Below, piece by piece: positions 57,409 to 64,000 of a stretch of 64,000 bases of DNA; the stretch's first letter is position 1; every line of letters begins with the position of its first letter. The notes under the pieces were generated by a model. It saw only the letters and a program-made list of their open reading frames with translations, made no database searches and had not been told where the DNA came from. Position numbers and translations under genes: made by a program. This DNA comes from Gemmatimonadales bacterium (lineage in GTDB: Bacteria > Gemmatimonadota > Gemmatimonadetes > Gemmatimonadales > GWC2-71-9): contig JBFJCP010000002.1 in assembly GCA_041615815.1 (NCBI GenBank), positions 1 through 64,000 on the forward strand. The letters run 5' to 3'.

Positions 57409-58910
57409 ATGGACTTCACGGCTTCTTCCACGTCGACACCTCGCTCCTTATGAGGGGCCGTTTTTCCGATCGTGGCCGCGATACCGTTTAGCATCCCGGA
57501 AAACACAAAGCTGTGGATGGGATAGAGCGCATACCAATAGAGGAGTCCTGCGAGTCCCACGGGATCGAAGATCGCAGTCTGCGAAATGGTAGCTCCGCCA
57601 TCCCGTGGTTCCAGTTCGAATTGCAGCCACGCACGGCCTGGGAGTTTCATCTCGGTCCGAAGACGGAGTAGACGACCAGGTTCGACCGCTTCCACACGCC
57701 AGAAGTCCACGGTGTCACCTGGTAAGACCCGGTGGGGGTCGCGACGACCTCTTCGCATTCCGGGTCCTCCCACGAGTAGATCGAGGAACCCGCGAAGCCT
57801 CCAAAGCCAATTGCCGTAGTACCACCCCACCTGACCACCGATGCGCTGGATCGGAAGGAACGATTGTTTCGGATCCTGCGGCACTTGGACCGTGCGGTGA
57901 TCGACGATCCGGCGTCCAAAGCGTACACCGCCCCAACTCCGGGCGCTCCGACGAGACGAAAGGGCGTCCGACCAGCGGGTTTCGGCGAACTCTCGGTCTT
58001 CGTTCTTCAGGGCTCGCGCGATCGACTCCGGCACGGAACGCGGCTGCACGGCAAACACGTCTCGGGCACTCCTGTCCGTCACTACCGTGTCGTTGCGCAC
58101 ACTGTCAATGAGAGCGCGGCCCACCCTGGCATACACGGGGGTGACCAGGCCGAGCCAAAGGCTCGAGAGCCTGGGGGAAAGCACTGGAACGGGAATCATC
58201 AGTCGCTTGAGCCCGCGCTGCTGAGCGTACTCTCGCATGAGATCGAGGTACGACACCGGCTTGGGTCCGCCAATCTCGAACACCCCGCTGACCTCGGGTT
58301 GCGCTTTGAGCGCTTGAAGCAGGTACGCGACGACGTCTTCGATTCCGATGGGTTGTGCGAGCTTTCGGACCCAACGCGGCGTGATCATCACCGGAAGCTT
58401 CTCCACGAGCGCACGAATCATCTCGAACGACAGGCTCCCGGAGCCGATGATGATCGAAGCCCGCAGTTCGATCGTCGGTACTCCGGATGCTGCGAGAATG
58501 CGCCCCACCTCCTGCCGGCTCGCCAGGTGAGGGGAAAGTTCTTGCCCACGTCCCAAACCACCCAAATAGATGATCCGTTGCACCTCGGCTGTTCGCGCGG
58601 CGGCCGCAAACGCGGCTGCTCCACGGCGATCCAACTCGGCAAACTCCTTCCGATCTCCCATGGAGTGAACGAGATAATACGCGCTATGGACCCCTTTCAG
58701 GGCCGCGCGGAGTGAAGCTCCATCCAGCACATCGCCTTGGACGACTTCGGTCTGCGGTGCCACGCGAGGTCGCAGATAGTCTGGCCGGCGCGCCAGGCAT
58801 CGGAGTGGAGAACCGGACGCCTCCAAGACTCGGAGAAGCCGTCCACCCACATAGCCGCTGGCGCCCGTCAACAGGACGAGCCGATCATGGATCTCAGAGC
58901 CGGGCATCAT
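57405..58910 (-). CDS. SDR oxidoreductase with DUF2867 domain (YbjT-like)
   Basis: TGASGYVGG, AYYLVHSM, GSGSLSFEM, IGG..GWYY..WLW..RG..D, EMKLPGRAWL. Confidence 0.9.
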   Translation of the reverse strand: MMPGSEIHDRLVLLTGASGYVGGRLLRVLEASGSPLRCLARRPDYLRPRVAPQTEVVQGDVLDGASLRAALKGVHSAYYLVHSMGDRKEFAELDRRGAAAFAAAARTAEVQRIIYLGGLGRGQELSPHLASRQEVGRILAASGVPTIELRASIIIGSGSLSFEMIRALVEKLPVMITPRWVRKLAQPIGIEDVVAYLLQALKAQPEVSGVFEIGGPKPVSYLDLMREYAQQRGLKRLMIPVPVLSPRLSSLWLGLVTPVYARVGRALIDSVRNDTVVTDRSARDVFAVQPRSVPESIARALKNEDREFAETRWSDALSSRRSARSWGGVRFGRRIVDHRTVQVPQDPKQSFLPIQRIGGQVGWYYGNWLWRLRGFLDLLVGGPGMRRGRRDPHRVLPGDTVDFWRVEAVEPGRLLRLRTEMKLPGRAWLQFELEPRDGGATISQTAIFDPVGLAGLLYWYALYPIHSFVFSGMLNGIAATIGKTAPHKERGVDVEEAVKSI

Positions 58911-58917
58911 CGGGGGT

Positions 58918-59898
58918 TTAGGTCACCGAGTGGGCCGGCTGGATGGAGCGGAGCACGGAGCGGAAATCGGTGAGATCACGAGCCCAGACTACGCCCGGTC
59001 GCTCCAACGCCACGCCGAGCATCCCCGCCACCTGACCGCCAACGATGATCTGCACGTCATCGGGAAGTTGTTGTCGGAGCTGGAGCAGGTAGCGACCCCA
59101 GCGCGCTACATCGTTCGGGTTGATGAAGCTGAGCCCCACGGCGGCCGCGCCCACTTCCGTGGCCCCGGCCGAGACGTCCTCGGCGGGGAGATCCGAGCCA
59201 AGCAAGATGACTTGCCACCCCTCGGCCGCGGCGACCGAGGCAGCGAGCATCGCTCCAATCTCATGCCGCTCTCCAGTGGGCGTCCCGATGATTATCCGTG
59301 GCGCCGTTTCGGCCGGTTCCACCGCTTCGGTCAACCATCCGATGAGGTTCCGTAAGACCACGGTGGCCATGTGCTCGTGACGAGGCCGGAGGGTGCCCTC
59401 TTGCCATCGATCCCCAATCCGGCGAAGCAGAGGGACCAACAGTGATTCCGTCACGTGCGTTGCACCGAGTGCGACCGCCGCCCGCTTGACTACCGCATCC
59501 AAGCGACCCGCATCGAGGGACTCCACCGCGGCCATCGCCTCCTCGAGCGAAACATGATCCACCGGGCGGTGACGCAGGATCTTGCTGTTACTGCCGGACC
59601 CCACTCGCGACTCCAACTCCGCGCGAAGTGCGGCTTCGTCCTCCTGGACCAGCCCCTCCAGTTCGGTGCTGGTCAGGCGGGCGACCTGGCTGATCGAGCG
59701 GCCCGCCTGCGTGGCGCGGTTGAGCAGTGCCAGACGCTCGATGTCGGCGTCCGAGTACAACCGTTGCCCCCCGTTACTGCGGGATGGCTCGACGACACGG
59801 TAGCGCCGCTCCCAGGCCCGCAGGACCGAGGGGGAGAGGCCAGTGCGGAGAGCGACCACCCGTATAGGGTGTCGGCCGCGGGTGTCAACCTTGTTCAT
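58918..59898 (-). CDS. CarH/LitR-type MerR regulator with B12-binding domain
   Basis: LRAWERRY....P.R..GG.R.YS..D; W-x9-EH (WQEGTLRPRHEH); GERHEIG; LG.DLP. Confidence 0.92.
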   Translation of the reverse strand: MNKVDTRGRHPIRVVALRTGLSPSVLRAWERRYRVVEPSRSNGGQRLYSDADIERLALLNRATQAGRSISQVARLTSTELEGLVQEDEAALRAELESRVGSGSNSKILRHRPVDHVSLEEAMAAVESLDAGRLDAVVKRAAVALGATHVTESLLVPLLRRIGDRWQEGTLRPRHEHMATVVLRNLIGWLTEAVEPAETAPRIIIGTPTGERHEIGAMLAASVAAAEGWQVILLGSDLPAEDVSAGATEVGAAAVGLSFINPNDVARWGRYLLQLRQQLPDDVQIIVGGQVAGMLGVALERPGVVWARDLTDFRSVLRSIQPAHSVT

Positions 59899-59904
59899 AG
59901 CCTC

Positions 59905-59982
59905 AAAATCACCACTTGTCCATCAGTTGTCAACATAAACATTGTACGAACTATTGACATACCACATCTGTAGAGCTATATT
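59905..59982. promoter_or_regulatory. Divergent sigma70-like promoters with probable CarH operator
   Basis: Plus strand TTGACA(59954)-17-TATATT(59977); minus strand TTGACA(59933-59928)-17-GATTTT; TTGTC repeats 11 bp apart at 59916 and 59927. Confidence 0.65.
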
Positions 59983-60031
59983 CCTGCACGATGAGTGAAC
60001 GGCAAGTCGTTCAGGCAGCGGATCTGAGCGG

Positions 60032-60397
60032 GTGACACGTCGAGCCTTGATCGTAGACGACAGCCCCCTGCTGACACGAGTGCTCGTCAGGACGCTCGAA
60101 GGGCAGAACTGCCTTGCACAAGCGGTTTCCAATGCGGAGGCCGCGCTGGAGGCCGCCCGCGATCAGAGGATCGACGTGGTCTTGATGGACGCCCGGATGC
60201 CGGGCCTGTCGGGCGAATCGCTGTACCGCGCACTCGTCGTAGCGCGCCCGGATCTATCAACGAAAGTCGTGGTGATGAGTGGCGACCCGGATGCATTGGA
60301 ATGGGCTAGCAGCCAGGGATTACCCGTGCTCCAAAAACCGTTCGAATTGGCCGAGCTTTTCACCACCATCAACAGGATTACATCGCAGTCGACGTAA
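60032..60397 (+). CDS. Single-domain response regulator
   Basis: LIVDDS, LMDARMPG, MSG, KPF. Confidence 0.85.
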   Translation: MTRRALIVDDSPLLTRVLVRTLEGQNCLAQAVSNAEAALEAARDQRIDVVLMDARMPGLSGESLYRALVVARPDLSTKVVVMSGDPDALEWASSQGLPVLQKPFELAELFTTINRITSQST

Positions 60398-60471
60398 CGG
60401 GGGAATTCCCATAATCCAAGCTGGGCCCCCGTCAGCACCAACCACGCAACGCATCTCGAGGGAGGACTAAC

Positions 60472-60966
60472 ATGAAGTTTCGCAAGCTCGCTGCTCTCGT
60501 GGCCGTCATGGCCGTAGCAACCGTCAGCACGGCGCAAGCGCAGTACGAGAAGAAGGCATCAAAAAACATCGTCGAAGTGGCGGTGGAAGCGGGGTCGTTC
60601 AACACGCTCGCGCAGGCCCTCACGGCGGCCAACTTGGTCGAGACGCTGCAGGGGAAGGGTCCCTTCACCGTATTCGCGCCGACCGACGAGGCATTCGCAA
60701 AGCTTCCCAAGGGTACCCTGGAAGCCCTGTTGAAGGACAAGGATAAGCTCACGGCCATCCTCACCTACCACGTGGTAGCTGGAAACGTCACATCCGATCA
60801 GGTCGTGAAGTTGAACGAGGCAAAGACCGTGAATGGCAAGATGGTCATGATTCGCGTGAAGGACGGCGTGGTCATGGTCGACAACGCCAAGGTCACGAAG
60901 ACTGATATCAAGGCGTCAAACGGCGTGATTCACGTCATCGACACCGTGATTTTGCCGGGTTCCTAA
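60472..60966 (+). CDS. Fasciclin (FAS1) domain protein
   Basis: [38 protein letters not shown]. Confidence 0.95.
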   Translation: MKFRKLAALVAVMAVATVSTAQAQYEKKASKNIVEVAVEAGSFNTLAQALTAANLVETLQGKGPFTVFAPTDEAFAKLPKGTLEALLKDKDKLTAILTYHVVAGNVTSDQVVKLNEAKTVNGKMVMIRVKDGVVMVDNAKVTKTDIKASNGVIHVIDTVILPGS

Positions 60967-61019
60967 CCTCGCGTACGGGCGGCGGCCGAATTCGTTCCGG
61001 CTGCCGCCCGATCTTTCTT

Positions 61020-61526
61020 TCAGGCCACGGCGTGCCGCGAAGCCCACCACCTCCACACCATCCAAAGCCCGACGCACGCGAGCGCCATTCCCGCCTGCCA
61101 AAAAATCTCGTGGGCCGGGCCGAACCACACCGACCCGTGCGCCCCCAAGTACATCAGGTGGACGAGCCGCACCGCGTTGATGACCAAGAAGGCCAGCGGA
61201 CAGATCGCGAGCCCAATCCATCGATCCCGGCGTCCCGCTGGGTAGGCGGCGATGGCGGTACCAAGCAGCACGGTGCCGGGCAGCGCCGTGCATCCGCGAG
61301 AGATCTCGATCCCGAAGCCATTGGTGTGAAACACCGCGGTGGCATCACGCACGACGTCCATACCTCCCATCCGGAGCACTCCAACGGTCAGCTGCGCCGT
61401 GAGCGTCCGCACGTGGACGAGCACATCGCCTAATACGGCTTCTCGGAAGCCGACCCAGAGCGCGAGCGCGGCGAGCGCCACCGCCGCGACGAAACGCACG
61501 CGCCAACGCAATGGACCGCGGCCCAT
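61020..61526 (-). CDS. Exosortase/archaeosortase-family protein (XrtH-like)
   Basis: I.RGCT (Cys), NAVRL (Arg), AHE..WQ (His); translationally coupled to the S8 gene. Confidence 0.85.
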   Translation of the reverse strand: MGRGPLRWRVRFVAAVALAALALWVGFREAVLGDVLVHVRTLTAQLTVGVLRMGGMDVVRDATAVFHTNGFGIEISRGCTALPGTVLLGTAIAAYPAGRRDRWIGLAICPLAFLVINAVRLVHLMYLGAHGSVWFGPAHEIFWQAGMALACVGLWMVWRWWASRHAVA

Positions 61527-63352
61527 CACGCCCTCCGCTCGAGGGGCGTGCGGGCCCAGAGCGCGACAGCGACAATGACCGTTGCCACGAGGATGAGGAT
61601 CACCGTCGAAAACGTGGGCACCCGGATTGGGGTGGCCGCGGTCACACCGTTGACCGAGGCAAAGACCGTCGTCTCGCCCCGAGCAACGCCCGTGACGGTG
61701 GCGCTGGCGACCCCCGACCCGTCCGTGACCACTGCCGCGGGAGCCACGGTCGCCAGGCTGGCGTCGTTGGTGGAAAAGTTGACGGTGACCCCGGCTTCCG
61801 GGCTCCCGCCGCGGGTGACCGTTGCGCGGACCGTGGTGGTCTCCCCGATGCCGAGTGCGCGATCGGGGTCCAGCACCGCGGTAATGAACAGCGCGGGTGT
61901 CCCCCGAATGGCGTTGAGCAGACCCGCGCCGCAGAGCTCGGGACACTGGGTGGACGAGCGCGGCAGCGCGTTGGATTGCAATTCGGTGAGGAGCTGCGCG
62001 GGCGTGAGTCCGGGGTCGCTCGCGAGCCAAAGGGCTGCGACTCCCGCGACGTGGGGGGCAGCCATCGATGTCCCATTGAAGTACGCGTAGCCGCCCTGAA
62101 CCATGCTGAGCACGCCGTCGGGATCGCCGTCCAGGTTGTCGTCCCGTTGTACGTCGCCGCCAGGAGCTAAGATCTCAATGGTGGTCCCGAAATTCGAGTA
62201 CCGTGACACGAGACGCCCCCGCGCGTCGCTCGCCGCGACAGTAACGACGTTGTTGCAGCTGGCCGGCATCACCTGCGAGGCGTCTACCGCGTCGTTTCCG
62301 GCGGCCACGACGACGGTGGCGCCGGCATTCACCGCGTCGTTGATCGCGGATTGCGTCGAGGGCGATGCCGAACACGGCACGCCCGGCGGAGTGCCGAGAC
62401 TCATGTTGATGACGCGTGCCGGCGTCGGGTTCAACGGCGCTCCGGCCACTGGTAACCCGGCAGCCCACCGAATGGCATCGTTGATGTCGGCCGTACTTGC
62501 TCCGCACTTCCCGAGCACCCGCACCGGCAACACACCCACGCGCCAGTTCACGCCCGCTACCCCCACGGTGTTGTCGGTGTTGCCGACCCCGACCGTGCCG
62601 GCCACGTGGGTGCCATGCCAGCTGTTGGGCAGGGCCGGGCTCCCCGGAAAGCACTCGCCCGCGGCGGCCGCGTCCCCCGGATCGGTGGGATCGGCATCGC
62701 GGCCATCACCGTCGTTGGCGGTCGACGGATCGCTGATCATATCGAATCCAGAGAGCAGATTGGGCGATCCGGCAATGTCGGGGTGAGCGGGGAGGATCCC
62801 CGTATCCAGGATCGCGATGACGATCCCGCCGTCCCCAGTCCCCGCATCCCACGCCCGGGGGAGGCCGATCCCACCCGGCGATTCGCCGCTGCCCGAACCG
62901 TTATTCAAGTAGTGCCACTGCTGCGCGAATCGAGGGTCGTTGGGTAGGACATCCGGCGCTACCATTGGCCGTGCGAGATAGAGGATGAAATTCGGCTGAG
63001 CGAATTCGACGTCCGGTCGGTTCTGCAAGCGACGCGCCACCGCCCATGTGCTATCTCGGGCCTGTCCGGCGTCATATGTGGCAACGACGGGCGGTGGGAT
63101 CCGGTAGATGTATTCGCCGCCGGCCATGCGCCGTGGAGCCTCCTCGAGCCCATAACTGGCCAGTGTAGCGGCGGACATCGTCATCTGACCAGCCATCTTC
63201 ACGATGATCTCGCCAGGAACGAAGACGGGACGGGCGGGTACGTTTCGCTCGAACAGTGTCTGCACCTGTTGAGGGGTCAATTCCTGCGACGAGACTGGAG
63301 GAACCGTGAGCGTGCTGCCAAGTACGAAGAACCCGATGACGGCGGTTCGCAT
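61526..63352 (-). CDS. S8 subtilase with Ig-like domain and IPTL-CTERM-like sorting signal
   Basis: DTG, HGTHVAG, AAGN, GTSMAAPHV; C-terminal VPTFS + TM helix + basic tail. Confidence 0.93.
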   Translation of the reverse strand: MRTAVIGFFVLGSTLTVPPVSSQELTPQQVQTLFERNVPARPVFVPGEIIVKMAGQMTMSAATLASYGLEEAPRRMAGGEYIYRIPPPVVATYDAGQARDSTWAVARRLQNRPDVEFAQPNFILYLARPMVAPDVLPNDPRFAQQWHYLNNGSGSGESPGGIGLPRAWDAGTGDGGIVIAILDTGILPAHPDIAGSPNLLSGFDMISDPSTANDGDGRDADPTDPGDAAAAGECFPGSPALPNSWHGTHVAGTVGVGNTDNTVGVAGVNWRVGVLPVRVLGKCGASTADINDAIRWAAGLPVAGAPLNPTPARVINMSLGTPPGVPCSASPSTQSAINDAVNAGATVVVAAGNDAVDASQVMPASCNNVVTVAASDARGRLVSRYSNFGTTIEILAPGGDVQRDDNLDGDPDGVLSMVQGGYAYFNGTSMAAPHVAGVAALWLASDPGLTPAQLLTELQSNALPRSSTQCPELCGAGLLNAIRGTPALFITAVLDPDRALGIGETTTVRATVTRGGSPEAGVTVNFSTNDASLATVAPAAVVTDGSGVASATVTGVARGETTVFASVNGVTAATPIRVPTFSTVILILVATVIVAVALWARTPLERRA

Positions 63353-63477
63353 GGATCCGCTCCTTTCCGCGAGGACCGGTTGCCACTTCTAAAGGTCTGA
63401 GAGATGTTTGGAACGTATGCGCGAGAATATACGATGGAACGGCTCGCTCAAGTGAGCCAGATCACTGGTAGACGATC

Positions 63478-63918
63478 ATGTCACCAATCATGAAGCTCGT
63501 GACGTCGGCGTTGCTGGCGAGCGGGGCCATGTGCTCGGCTGGCATACCGGAGAGCGAACCCGCACCCCAGCCCGAAGTCGAATTCACGGTGGTCGGGGCC
63601 GTCGAAACGCAGGGGTCCGACACGGTCTCGGTGCAGGCCACAGCCCCGGGAGAGGTCATCTTGGTAGGGCGCATCTCCACACCCACCCCATGCTACCAGC
63701 TGGAGTCCGAATTACGGGGATCCGGCGATGACCTGACACTCGAGATCGCGGCCCGCGCGCTCCCCCGCATCTGCCCCCAAGTGCTTGCAGCGTATGAATA
63801 TCGTGCGCGCCTGTACCGGCTCGGCGTTGGCAAGTATCGCATGACGGTTGTGCACGCTTATCCCGAGTCGGGATGGGAAGGACGATCCTACGAGATCCGG
63901 GTGGAGATTCCCGGGTGA
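63478..63918 (+). CDS. Secreted hypothetical protein, possibly a protease inhibitor or PrcB-like accessory
   Basis: Signal peptide; PTPCY...CPQVL loop; divergent from the S8 gene. Confidence 0.6.
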   Translation: MSPIMKLVTSALLASGAMCSAGIPESEPAPQPEVEFTVVGAVETQGSDTVSVQATAPGEVILVGRISTPTPCYQLESELRGSGDDLTLEIAARALPRICPQVLAAYEYRARLYRLGVGKYRMTVVHAYPESGWEGRSYEIRVEIPG

Positions 63919-64000
63919 GGAGCGCCGGCTGAACCCTAGGACCGTTCGACAACGGTCGGGGCCACGGGAGCCCCCTCCTGCAGTCGCTCCAACCCACCAA

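Overview
High-GC bacterial chromosomal window. The gene style (Ser/Thr kinase-TPR fusion, DUF5916 protein, Zn-metalloprotease, LytS/LytTR pairs) suggests Gemmatimonadota, which is an inference. It holds about 50 genes. These include an Xre/RES toxin-antitoxin pair, tRNA-Trp and tRNA-His with decayed integrative islets at tRNA-Trp, gpmA, a ferrochelatase, dinB, a complete his operon with HisH-HisF and HisA-HisI-HisE fusions, a CarH-type B12 photoreceptor cluster and an S8 protease with its own exosortase. The most notable signals, several of them missed by the ORF track, are: (1) an AhpD/CMD-family selenoprotein with two in-frame UGAs (CxxU and a C-terminal G-U-G), each followed by its own SECIS-like hairpin; (2) an RRE/radical SAM/Cys-depleted SPASM/arsenite-methyltransferase fusion flanked by GT2, GT-C and DedA/VTT genes, a candidate new organoarsenic glycoconjugate pathway; (3) a polarised array of about 70-bp hairpin repeats between tRNA-His and tRNA-Trp; (4) att cores with arm-type and 10-bp phased repeats at tRNA-Trp; (5) a leaderless His-rich leader peptide with a full attenuator. 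All family assignments come from motifs recognised by eye; no database searches were run.
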